A stretch of 62,684 bases of DNA, the filler included, from Stramenopiles sp. TOSAG23-2 (lineage: Eukaryota), in NCBI GenBank assembly GCA_900128395.1. It is 24 parts of 24 records of this genome, joined end to end, with 100 filler letters (N's around TTAATTAATTAA, not from the genome) between each part and the next. Parts side by side here need not be neighbours in the genome. Positions count along the whole stretch, not along the records: positions 34,169 to 36,680 come from LT651681.1; positions 36,781 to 39,289 come from LT651682.1; positions 39,390 to 41,895 come from LT651683.1; positions 41,996 to 44,498 come from LT651684.1; 20 more parts are not named here. One strand, written 5' to 3'. Of this stretch, positions 34,169 through 44,598 are shown one piece after another (the stretch's first letter is position 1; the number at the start of each line of letters is the position of its first letter). A model generated the notes under the pieces. That model did not search any database, was not told the DNA's origin, and was given only the letters and a program-made list of their open reading frames with translations. The position numbers and the translations under genes were made by a program.

Positions 34169-36680
34169 TTTGCTTCTATCTATAGATTCAAAAAATATAT
34201 AGCGAGATACTCCACTATTAAAAGAGCAAGCTTGCCAATTACGTTGGTTTTTATCATAATTTAAAGTAAGCGTTTCGTTGATATATTCGTTGTGCCTAGA
34301 CCACGTGCTGGATAATTGCTTCATCTGCTTTTCAATCGTGCCGTCTTTGTTTGATCTTGCTTGTACCTCCCACGCCCCAACAAATCCTACAACAGTAAAA
34401 GGGCATTGCTTCCCCATACGAGCCATGATAGGCCCCAATACTTGTGCAACAGCTTTTGCCAACGAGCAATCGTTTACTCCTGCACATAAAATTAATGCTC
34501 CGGTTTGCATTGCAACTGGCAAAATACAGTGCTTGATAAATAGAACCAAACGAGCTTCTGTCGCATTTATATCGTCTTTGGTAATTTCAGGGGGTGATTT
34601 CATTTCTCTTGCAATATGCCCTTCTTGTTCTGTGTGCGATCTTAAGTTAGCCAACCCACCAGTAGAACCAGTCAAACGGATCACAAAGTGCGCGTCTGGC
34701 AACTCTAGTGCTTCAAAGACGGACTTCATATTTGATGAATCAAACGATAATGCTTGCTTGTTTGTTAAATAAAGGAATTTCTTATTTACAGCACCTAATT
34801 GTTTGTCTTGGATATTTAAATCTTCTACCATTTTATACATTGTTTTGATTTTTATTGTATCTAGCTCTTCTTGTTGTTCATCTTCTTTGGTTTTTTCCAT
34901 TTTCGCCATTATTCGATTTCGTATAACTACTGTATCAATGGAAGATTCATCTCCGCTATCAGCATCCGCGTTGGTTTGTCGTGGACTTCTCTGACGTTGA
35001 TTTTTTGTTCTTGATGGAGCTCGATAATTTTGGTTGTGTTTTTCTAAACTTCCTGCACGCAACTGATTTTGATTATTTTGCTCTTCTGGAATATAAAATT
35101 GATCCTGTCCTTCCTCAGTATGGTCCCAGTTGGAATATTCTTCGAATTCTGTATAATGCATTGCTGAAACGGTAAATACAAGTTGCTGTAAAATGCTTGC
35201 AAGTTTAATACACCCAACACATAAGATGCTAATATGACTTTATGGACAATGACTATTTGTTCTTGGTTGTTAATATGATTATATGTTATGATTGTTATGG
35301 TTTTTGATCAACTACTATCTTAATCTGCAAGCTGTAATTAAATTAATAACTGATAAATGCAGCATGCAATAATTATTTATTATTAGTGCAACAAAGAAGT
35401 GCAGAAAGTGCAACTAGCTGGCTATAGCCAGCTAGTTGCACTTTCTGCACTTCTTTGTTGCACTAATAATAAATAATTATTGCATGCTGCATTTATCAGT
35501 TATTAATTTAATTACAGCTTGCAGATTAAGATAGTAGTTGATCAAAAACCATAACAATCATAACATATAATCATATTAACAACCAAGAACAAATAGTCAT
35601 TGTCCATAAAGTCATATTAGCATCTTATGTGTTGGGTGTATTAAACTTGCAAGCATTTTACAGCAACTTGTATTTACCGTTTCAGCAATGCATCATACAG
35701 AATTCGAAGAATATTCCAACTGGGACCATACTGAGGAAGGACAGGATCAATTTTATATTCCAGAAGAGCAAAATAATCAAAATCAGTTGCGTGCAGGAAG
35801 TTTAGAAAAACACAACCAAAATTATCGAGCTCCATCAAGAACAAAAAATCAACGTCAGAGAAGTCCACGACAAACCAACGCGGATGCTGATAGCGGAGAT
35901 GAATCTTCCATTGATACAGTAGTTATACGAAATCGAATAATGGCGAAAATGGAAAAAACCAAAGAAGATGAACAACAAGAAGAGCTAGATACAATAAAAA
36001 TCAAAACAATGTATAAAATGGTAGAAGATTTAAATATCCAAGACAAACAATTAGGTGCTGTAAATAAGAAATTCCTTTATTTAACAAACAAGCAAGCATT
36101 ATCGTTTGATTCATCAAATATGAAGTCCGTCTTTGAAGCACTAGAGTTGCCAGACGCGCACTTTGTGATCCGTTTGACTGGTTCTACTGGTGGGTTGGCT
36201 AACTTAAGATCGCACACAGAACAAGAAGGGCATATTGCAAGAGAAATGAAATCACCCCCTGAAATTACCAAAGACGATATAAATGCGACAGAAGCTCGTT
36301 TGGTTCTATTTATCAAGCACTGTATTTTGCCAGTTGCAATGCAAACCGGAGCATTAATTTTATGTGCAGGAGTAAACGATTGCTCGTTGGCAAAAGCTGT
36401 TGCACAAGTATTGGGGCCTATCATGGCTCGTATGGGGAAGCAATGCCCTTTTACTGTTGTAGGATTTGTTGGGGCGTGGGAGGTACAAGCAAGATCAAAC
36501 AAAGACGGCACGATTGAAAAGCAGATGAAGCAATTATCCAGCACGTGGTCTAGGCACAACGAATATATCAACGAAACGCTTACTTTAAATTATGATAAAA
36601 ACCAACGTAATTGGCAAGCTTGCTCTTTTAATAGTGGAGTATCTCGCTATATATTTTTTGAATCTATAGATAGAAGCAAA
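34169..36680. repeat. Whole-contig palindrome (2 x 1256 bp, no spacer)
   Basis: Axis between 35424 and 35425 (CTAGCTGGCTA|TAGCCAGCTAG). The contig ends are equidistant from it. One mismatch seen (35155/35694). Confidence 0.97.
35688..36680 (+). CDS. Protein with a TRPM-type SLOG (LSDAT-like) domain; 3' truncated (mirror copy at 34169-35161 on the minus strand)
   Basis: LELPDAHFVIRLTGS...ILPVAMQTGALILCAGVNDCSLAKAVAQV...VVGF resembles the TRPM N-terminal SLOG pattern. Confidence 0.55.
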
Positions 36681-36951
36681 NNNNNNNNNNNNNNNNNNNN
36701 NNNNNNNNNNNNNNNNNNNNNNNNTTAATTAATTAANNNNNNNNNNNNNNNNNNNNNNNNNNNNNNNNNNNNNNNNNNNNCAAGAAAAGTAATCCATTTT
36801 TTGAGTGCCTTTTTTGACTGTTTCCTTAAAAAATACGTATCGATTTATAATAATAATAAAAATAAAATAATATTTTTTAAGGAAACAGTCAAAAAAGGCA
36901 CTCAAAAAATGGATTACTTTTCTTGCTCTACACACTACACACCACATCGCA

Positions 36952-37145
36952 CTGGAAAGCTGGAAAGCTGGAAAGCTGGAAAGCTGGAAAGCCTGGAAAG
37001 CCAGAGGAAAGCCTGGAAAGCCAGGAAAGCCAGAAAGCCAGGAAAGCTGGAAAGCTGGAAAGCCTGGAAAGCCAGAAAGCTGGAAAGCTGGAAAGCCTGG
37101 AAAGTTGGAAAGCTGGAAAGCCTGGAAAGCCAGGAAAGCCTACCA
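36952..37145. repeat. Minisatellite of 8-9-bp units (GGAAAGCT / GGAAAGCCT / GGAAAGCCA)
   Basis: More than 20 tandem variant units, with further units at 37241-37265. Confidence 0.95.
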
Positions 37146-37558
37146 GGCCTACAGTATACGTCGCTACGGTCCTTGCTCCATTTTTAAAAGGAGTGTAGCG
37201 TTAGTATAGGCGAATAGCATAGCGGTGGTTTCCTGAGTAAGGAAAGCCTGGAAAGCCAGAAAGCTTTATACATATATACGTATAATACATAAAAATACCG
37301 GAATAATATTTTAATATGATGAACCGCACAACCGTTATTATATTATTTCGAATTAGCTACATACAGCTACATAGATATACAAATAATAAAATTATTATGT
37401 TTAATTTATACATCAGAATTTATAATTTAACATTGATAATCAAGGAACATACACGACAAATCAAGCATACACTACAATACACATAATATATATATATATA
37501 TACATATATGTATAAATGTTGTTAAAACAGGGGGACTATCCCTACACATAATACAAGC

Positions 37559-38527
37559 ATGTCCAATTTTAATTATGCAGGCATTACAACCGGTTCGCCG
37601 TTTTCAAAAACAATGTGGGGAGACGAAAGCCCAGAAAAAGGAAAAGAACGTCTAGTTGAAAATGGGGTATCAAAAAATGGGGTAGAAGAAATGACCTTGC
37701 CTTGGTATCACGAGCAAATGTTGCCTGAAAATGAGAACCAAGAAGCTGCGGGTAACGCTTCCGATATGATTCACACCGAAGCAATTATTGAACGTCAACA
37801 GAAGCGAATTGAGTCTTTGCCAAAACGTGATGCGTTGAAATATGTCATTAGAAGCGATGTGCAGACAGAAAATGAAGAGCGATTTGTCGATTTTAATTAT
37901 TGGCACGAACGCTCTATATCGATTGACATAGACAGCCGTAAAATGTTGGAAAATATAGGAGAACAAATAGAAAAAGAGGTGGAGGAAAGAATCAGCAGAA
38001 AAGATTACTTAAAACACCATATAGTGGAACAAAAACATGGAATCCGAGACACACAGCGACAAAATAGAATATTAGATAAGAAAGTAGATATTTTGAAAAA
38101 GAAATTTTTCGATGCGCGAAAGGAGACGGAAAAGCAAAAACAAATAAAAAAAATGTGGACCAGCAAATGCCAGGAAGAACGTAAGAATACTAGAAAAGAA
38201 ATTTATCGATCTTGCGTAGCTGAAGTGCAATTGTATCGCGAACGTGCAAATACTTTGTCGAGGCCAATATTTGAAAGTTCTTGTATTGAATGTTGTTGTG
38301 ACGGTACTAGATGCAAAGATGAAAACGATTGTTGTTATAAATGTTTTGTTCGAAATGAAGTACATACGGAAAATATAAGATTTAAAACGCATAATATTTA
38401 TTGTTGTTGGAAATGTAAAATACTTTATGAATATAAGAAACCACCTTGGATATCTTATACAAATGATCCATATATATTGTTTCGCGCTAGAACAGGTTTT
38501 GGAAAAGCATCTGATATATCTGATTGA
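37559..38527 (+). CDS. Hypothetical protein: coiled coil plus Cys-rich C-terminal cluster
   Basis: 322-aa ORF with SCIECCCDGTRC...CCYKC...YCCWKC. No family recognised. Confidence 0.6.
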   Translation: MSNFNYAGITTGSPFSKTMWGDESPEKGKERLVENGVSKNGVEEMTLPWYHEQMLPENENQEAAGNASDMIHTEAIIERQQKRIESLPKRDALKYVIRSDVQTENEERFVDFNYWHERSISIDIDSRKMLENIGEQIEKEVEERISRKDYLKHHIVEQKHGIRDTQRQNRILDKKVDILKKKFFDARKETEKQKQIKKMWTSKCQEERKNTRKEIYRSCVAEVQLYRERANTLSRPIFESSCIECCCDGTRCKDENDCCYKCFVRNEVHTENIRFKTHNIYCCWKCKILYEYKKPPWISYTNDPYILFRARTGFGKASDISD

Positions 38528-39031
38528 TTTCACATAGATATCATACGGTTCGTACATTAATTATGATACATATCATATATTATATAATTATATTATATAT
38601 GACCCCGTTTATCTGAGAGGGGACTTTTCTGTCCCTATGGCCTATGGATGGATTGTCAAATAACATATTATATAGGTAAATATTTCTGAGTATGTATGGA
38701 TAAAACTACTCTGTACTTAGAAAGAAAACCAGAGATTTCAACCAATATTTGAGGGGAAAAAATACATAATTATATATATATATATATATGTGTTTTTCTC
38801 TTACTCATATGTTATATAAATTTCTTTTACTCCCGTTAATTAACCTCTCCCGTATATATTTTCTCTTACTCATATGTTATATAAATTTCTTTTACTCCCG
38901 TTAATTAACCTCTCCCGTATATATATGATATTTACTTCGTATGATATAATATTTTTAAAGATTTTATTTACTCATAATGTTATCATATATTCACTATATA
39001 TGTGTAATTACCAGAAAATTATATATATAGA

Positions 39032-39289
39032 GTGTCAGCATCCTATGTTCGCGATAATTATCTTTACCGGGCGACCTCTTTACACAAATGCAGGCTTTAT
39101 GCCAAGGCTAGGAAAGAAAATTACGACAACGGAGATCGTTCACCAACACCAACTATATATCCATTCGGGATGAACACGCAGGGAGGGTTTTGTGATTTAG
39201 CAATTTTATCTTTGAAACAAATGGCCAACAGAAAGTTTACACTTTCTTCTGCCACGAAACAAAAATTAAATTGGCTTAAAGCACAATGG
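39032..39289 (+). mobile_element. Fragment resembling the C-terminal restriction-like endonuclease region of CRE/R2-type non-LTR retrotransposons
   Basis: SASYV...YAKARKENY...IYPFGMNTQGGFCDLAILSLKQMA parallels the A-x-S-Y...K-x-x-K-Y...P-F-x-x-E-T-x-G-G...A-x-x-x-L-x-x-L-A pattern. It begins abruptly after (TA)n with no ATG. Confidence 0.45.
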
Positions 39290-39390
39290 NNNNNNNNNNN
39301 NNNNNNNNNNNNNNNNNNNNNNNNNNNNNNNNNTTAATTAATTAANNNNNNNNNNNNNNNNNNNNNNNNNNNNNNNNNNNNNNNNNNNNA

Positions 39391-39587
39391 CTCTCGAAAC
39401 ATCTCGGACTGTTCCCACTTTCTTATACTTGTTAGTATAAGAACAGCACTACTAACAAATATAAAATTTGGTGAAGGCTGGTCACAGCCTTCGGCTGTCT
39501 TTTCTTTGCTATGTCTATAGTAAAGATAAGACTACAGAAAGTTACACTTAACTTTCATAGGCGAAATGGCCCGAGATGTTTCGAGAG
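39391..39587. mobile_element. MITE-like 197-bp element with 17-bp terminal inverted repeats
   Basis: CTCTCGAAACATCTCGG (39391-39407) / CCGAGATGTTTCGAGAG (39571-39587), with an internal hairpin GAAGGCTG-GTCA-CAGCCTTC. Confidence 0.45.
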
Positions 39588-39822
39588 CCTGGTATATCAT
39601 AAATACGGGAAAAGATTTTTAAAATAGGATGAAAAACATATTTAAAAAAGAAGAGAGACAGAGAGATGGGATTTATAGATATATATATCACAACTGTATA
39701 TAATATTTTATATTTATTTAATACATTAATATATATATATAGATAGATAGATATATAGATATAGATAGATAGATAGCATTATCATTTGCATTTATAATAT
39801 ATATATTAATAATTAGTTAAAT

Positions 39823-40713
39823 ATGGCTATGGAACAAATAAAAGCATTTATTGCTGGTGGTGCTGGTGGTGCAGCATGTGTTTCTGTCGGTTTTCCATTC
39901 GATACGTTAAAAGTGCGTATGCAAAGTGCAGAAGTAGGCGTATACACTGGATTTATGGATGTAGCAAAGAAAAGCATTAAACGAGATGGGATTGCTGCCT
40001 TATATAAAGGTTTAGCTGCACCATTGATTGCACAACCACCCATGTTTGCATTTTATTTTTGGGGATTTAATATTGGTAATCAAATATCGTCAGTCGTACC
40101 TGGTTTACACCGTGCAGATGGAACCACTGATTTTTATACACCAGCAGTTCTATTTTCAGGTGCATTCTCTGCAATTCCGGGGACATTGGCAATGGTCCCT
40201 GGGGAAAGGATTAAGATTGCAATGCAAATGCAAGTGGAAGAAGTTGCCGCAGGAGGTGTTGCAAAATATTCCAGTTCCATGGATTGTTTCAAACAAATTG
40301 TAGCTGAGGAGGGTTTAATAGGTGGAATGTATAAAGGTACGATGGCAACGCTTGCACGAGATATGCCAGGAACAATGGGTTGGTACGGTGCATATTATTT
40401 ATTTAAGAATTTTTCGAAGCGAGATGATGGAACGTATAGCACGCTTGGATTATTAAATGCTGGTGGATTTGCAGGTATAGCTATGTGGATCATTGGTGTA
40501 CCACCTGATGTGATTAAAACTAGAATACAAAATTCTAAACCAGGACAATATCCAGGTGGAATGAGTCAAGTTGTTAAAGAATTAATAGCAAAAGAAGGTA
40601 TAAGTGGTATGTACAGAGGTATAGGACCAGCATTAATACGTGCATATCCTGCAAATGCTGCATGTTTTTTCACAGTGGAGATTGTTACGAAGTTATTAAA
40701 TGGTAGTGAATAG
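39823..40713 (+). CDS. Mitochondrial carrier (SLC25), carnitine/acylcarnitine or basic amino acid carrier-like
   Basis: Three P-x-[DE]-x-x-K-x-[RK]-type motifs (PFDTLKVR, PGERIKIA, PPDVIKTR), plus RDMPG and RAYPANAACF. Confidence 0.92.
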   Translation: MAMEQIKAFIAGGAGGAACVSVGFPFDTLKVRMQSAEVGVYTGFMDVAKKSIKRDGIAALYKGLAAPLIAQPPMFAFYFWGFNIGNQISSVVPGLHRADGTTDFYTPAVLFSGAFSAIPGTLAMVPGERIKIAMQMQVEEVAAGGVAKYSSSMDCFKQIVAEEGLIGGMYKGTMATLARDMPGTMGWYGAYYLFKNFSKRDDGTYSTLGLLNAGGFAGIAMWIIGVPPDVIKTRIQNSKPGQYPGGMSQVVKELIAKEGISGMYRGIGPALIRAYPANAACFFTVEIVTKLLNGSE

Positions 40714-41338
40714 GCAGACGTTGCTATTATACTATGATCTATATATCATTATTGATGGAAACTTGATAATATATATATAAAAAGTAAAAATTTTGTTTTT
40801 TGTTTTATTATTTAAATTTTTTTTTTAATCTATTAGTTAGAACTATACATCATTAGTTGCTATATTCATATTCATGCCAAGACTAATTCTAGTTTCTTTA
40901 ATTGAGTCATGGCACGAAATTAGTATTGCTATTTTCAGCTAGTAGCATAACAACTATTAATAAATTAATGTGATGCGTATTTTATTTGAGTATTCTAATT
41001 TCCTATTCAAGTATAAATTATGTGTCATTTGATAGAGGATAGAGGATATCAAAGGTGGCATTCTTAATCCATATAATCATAGATTAAGATATCAAAATGG
41101 ATACCGCGGGTACATGTAAAATAAATGAGTGTAAAAATATATATCCTAACACCGTGTCTCGTACTTTAATACCGAGCCCGTAAAATTATCTTTTTCAGAG
41201 TACTTTTTCTATATGTGTGTACATATTATAAAAGAGCTTTTCTAAATTTATATTTTACACCCCGACGCATACAAAGCACGAGAGCATAATTTATAAAACC
41301 ACCCTTTCTCCTGTTGCGGACACTATGAAATCTAACTC

Positions 41339-41895
41339 TTATGACAAGTCTTCAAGTGCTTCAGTTGCATCTGCAAATCCTTGTTCTGCTGCTTTTGTAT
41401 ACCATTCAACAGCTTTCGCTTTATCCATTGTAACACCATCACCATTTTCATACATTGCACCAAGATTATATTGACCACGTGCATGTCCTTGTTTTGCTGC
41501 TTTCGTATACCATTCAACTGCTTTTGCTTCATCCATTGTAACACCATGACCATATTCATACATATAACCAAGATTAAATTGACCCTGTGCATATCCTTGT
41601 TCTGCTGCTTTCGTATACCATTCAACAGCTTTTGCTTTATCCATTGTAACACCATAACCATCTTCATACATTACACCAAGATTACATTGACCACCTGCAT
41701 ATCCTTGTTCTGCTGCTTTTGCATGCCATTCAACTGCTTTTTTGTAATCCTTTGTAACACCATCACCATTATCATACATTACGCCAAGACTACATTGACC
41801 ATCTGCATATCCTTGTTCTGCTGATTTTGTATACCATTCAAATGCTTTTTTGTAATCCTTTGTGATGCCATATCCATGACGATATGTATAACCTA
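41339..41895 (-). CDS. Sel1-like repeat protein; 5' partial
   Basis: Tandem 36-aa units GQxNLGxMYExGxGVTMDxAKAVEWYTKAAEQG (108-nt period). The frame is open to the contig edge. Confidence 0.95.
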
Positions 41896-41995
41896 NNNNN
41901 NNNNNNNNNNNNNNNNNNNNNNNNNNNNNNNNNNNNNNNTTAATTAATTAANNNNNNNNNNNNNNNNNNNNNNNNNNNNNNNNNNNNNNNNNNNN

Positions 41996-42327
41996 GCTAA
42001 GGTGATCAAATCCGCGGCTTTTTGCCACAATCGTGCACTTCGAGATCTTTATCCGGGTAATTACCGGTTGTTGTTCACAGTAAGATCTTTCACTTCGACA
42101 GCCTCACCGTTTTTGAATGAACCCAACGTCCAGCGCGTTCAACGAGTGTGCACGGAAGGATAGAAACCTACTCGTGCTTATGGAGTATGAGTTTGCAGAC
42201 GTGCATTAGAGCTTCACTATAGTAGGATAGAAAATATCATTCTTGAGATTGAGTATTGAGCATATTATTTATTACGGGAAAGTAAAATTATTCTAACTAC
42301 GAACTAACTTGTATAGATTTTAACCAT
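41996..42327 (+). mobile_element. Repeat family A copy with a remnant reading frame
   Basis: The frame AKVIKSAAFCHNRAL...QRVCTEG*KPTRAYGV precedes the shared tail ending GATTTTAACCAT. Confidence 0.65.
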
Positions 42328-42896
42328 CATACGGCGTATGATTTATTTAAATATATCGTACTGGTATATTTATAAATACGAGTATTATATACGTATTAAT
42401 ATATCAACCAAGTCTAATACGTTTCGTATGATACGAACTCCCAAGTATGGATCAGGGCACGATACTCCATTTTAAGTTGTGGATTATGATACAGTATATC
42501 CTCTCCTCTTATATTTTTAATTTTAAAAATGCATTAATTTACGAAAAATATATATTTATTTTTATCATACTTTTCACACTCATGTGGATAATTCTTACGA
42601 AACTTCGTACTCTTCAAAATAATACAATATATAACCTAGAGGCAATAATCTATCTCACTAAACTGAAAGATGGACATTGAATCATAGCATTGCGATAGAG
42701 TTCATCGTAATCCACTAATGTATACAAGTCGTACGTATAATATATTTTAATATGCATAGCACTTTTGCATCATAAAAACAAAACCCTTTTTACTGTATTA
42801 TCAAAATATAAAATCTTCGCATATAAAACAATGTATGAACGAAGAGCAATATATAACATTTATCGTTAGATACAATATATCATCTAAAATCTAATT

Positions 42897-44138
42897 TCAA
42901 AGCTCTTTTCCTTGGCGATTAATAAGATCATCTTTCGATTCTACTTCTTTCCTTCTCTCCCGTAACTTGAACATTTTTTTGTTCAAAACATATATAAAAT
43001 CAAAACATGAACCTCGCGTAATAAAACCGTGATGCAATTTCATACCTTCATCCACATGTAAACCTTCTAAATACTTCATATGTTCAGTTTGCTCCTTCAA
43101 AATCTCTTGTTCCTGTTTATTAATTCTACAATCAACGCACATACCAACATCTGGATTTAAAACCAATGCTATAAAGTCTACTAAATCCACCGGTCGCATT
43201 GTTTCATCCTTATGGCGATCTGCCATTTTATAATATGCAACATCCATGTCAGATAACATTGCTCTTTTTGATCTAATGTGAAAGGCAGGTCGTGGTGGTC
43301 TTGGATATACACGTACTGTAATCAATATTTCCTCGCTTATAAATGTATTATCGGAAATTGCTTTTACTCGAACTGTATGCAATCCTTTATCAGATATGAT
43401 GATCTCATCGTTTGTATAATGCGAGTCCAGCGATGGTTCAACACTTGTCTCACCTTTTTTAGAAGTAGTGAAATAATATTTTGCGCCAGGTGTCTCCGAT
43501 TCAAAACTCAATTTAACACCTTCTTGATACCTGCCAAGGTAAGTAGCAGTGGCATCGCTAGTATTAAATGGCTGTTCATCTAACGGGAATGCCTTTATGC
43601 GCGGTACACTCGCAGTCGTTTGAATTAGATAGACAAACTCAATAATGGAACTGTCACGATAATTTTCAGCAGAACATCTAGCGCGTACTGTATATTCACC
43701 CACTTCTTCAAAGACATGTGGACTTTCAAAAATATCAGTAAGGTTAGATGGTGTAGAGCCGTCAAAAGTTACATGTACTTTTGCACCATTTTGCAACGTA
43801 AATATATTTAATTCTTGCCCTACAGGGTATTTCCCCCCACCAGGTCCAAATACTGGCGAACCAGCTGGATCTAAAGTCATAACATCAAACTCTTCTTCTA
43901 CTTCTTCCTCTTCTGGTTCCTTGTATTCTTCTAGTATTTCTGGTTCCTTATATTCTTTTAGTATTTCCGGTTCCGTAACTTCTTCTTGCATGTCGGACTC
44001 TAACTCTTTGATTTTTTTCACTTCCAGTATAGCATCAGATGTTTCAAGAACATCTGTCTCCTCTTGGGCAAGCGTTACCGTTGGGCATATTATCAACAAC
44101 ATAATATATATTGTTGTTATCTTCATAGTGTTTTTCAT
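42897..44138 (-). CDS. Secreted/ER protein with two CHB_HEX_C_1 (Fn3-associated) domains
   Basis: Signal peptide and acidic repeats, then SPVFGPGGGKY...AKVHVTFDGSTPS and a second unit LSFESETPGAKYYFTT...VRVKA. Ends in -GKEL. Confidence 0.8.
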   Translation of the reverse strand: MKNTMKITTIYIMLLIICPTVTLAQEETDVLETSDAILEVKKIKELESDMQEEVTEPEILKEYKEPEILEEYKEPEEEEVEEEFDVMTLDPAGSPVFGPGGGKYPVGQELNIFTLQNGAKVHVTFDGSTPSNLTDIFESPHVFEEVGEYTVRARCSAENYRDSSIIEFVYLIQTTASVPRIKAFPLDEQPFNTSDATATYLGRYQEGVKLSFESETPGAKYYFTTSKKGETSVEPSLDSHYTNDEIIISDKGLHTVRVKAISDNTFISEEILITVRVYPRPPRPAFHIRSKRAMLSDMDVAYYKMADRHKDETMRPVDLVDFIALVLNPDVGMCVDCRINKQEQEILKEQTEHMKYLEGLHVDEGMKLHHGFITRGSCFDFIYVLNKKMFKLRERRKEVESKDDLINRQGKEL

Positions 44139-44214
44139 CGCGCGCGCGTGTGTGTATATCTATCTTTATACGAAAAAACAAACCAACAAATAAATATATA
44201 TTCCAATAAACAAA

Positions 44215-44496
44215 TTAAATTTGTATTTTTTTTTTTTTAGATGCTGAAGGATTTAATAGTGTACCTTTTTTCTTTATATTTGATATATGTAACTGCGGTA
44301 TATCCAAATGTCCTAAAAATTCACGTGCAAATTTTTCTTGTTCATCATGTGTTAGATGTCCTTGATTTGGAAAAATCAATACACCATATTTTATATATGC
44401 ATTGTATAATTGTGTTTTTTCACTAGTAGTTACTTTTAATACGTTGAAGTCGTGGACAATTGCACCAAATAATTTATTTGTTAATGGTCCTTTTAT
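44215..44496 (-). pseudogene. N-terminal fragment of a TauD/TfdA-family 2OG-Fe(II) dioxygenase (not in the ORF track)
   Basis: Manual translation gives PLTNKLFGAIVHDF...LYNAYIKYGVLIFPNQGHLTHDEQEKFAREF...ISNIKKKGTLL. It stops just after an A13 run, before any H-x-D motif. Confidence 0.7.
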
Positions 44497-44598
44497 ATNN
44501 NNNNNNNNNNNNNNNNNNNNNNNNNNNNNNNNNNNNNNNNNNTTAATTAATTAANNNNNNNNNNNNNNNNNNNNNNNNNNNNNNNNNNNNNNNNNNNN

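Noticed and set aside
34169-35161. Second, independent paralogue of the SLOG-domain gene
   Set aside because: It is the mirror arm of the contig-wide palindrome, most likely one gene.
36729-37198. ORFs with WKAGKLES/GKPGKP repeats
   Set aside because: They are translations of the minisatellite and the terminal inverted repeat, with no independent coding evidence.
41339-41895. 108-bp periodic repeats as a CRISPR or satellite
   Set aside because: They are coding Sel1 repeats with no unique spacers. The overlapping ORFs in other frames are shadows.
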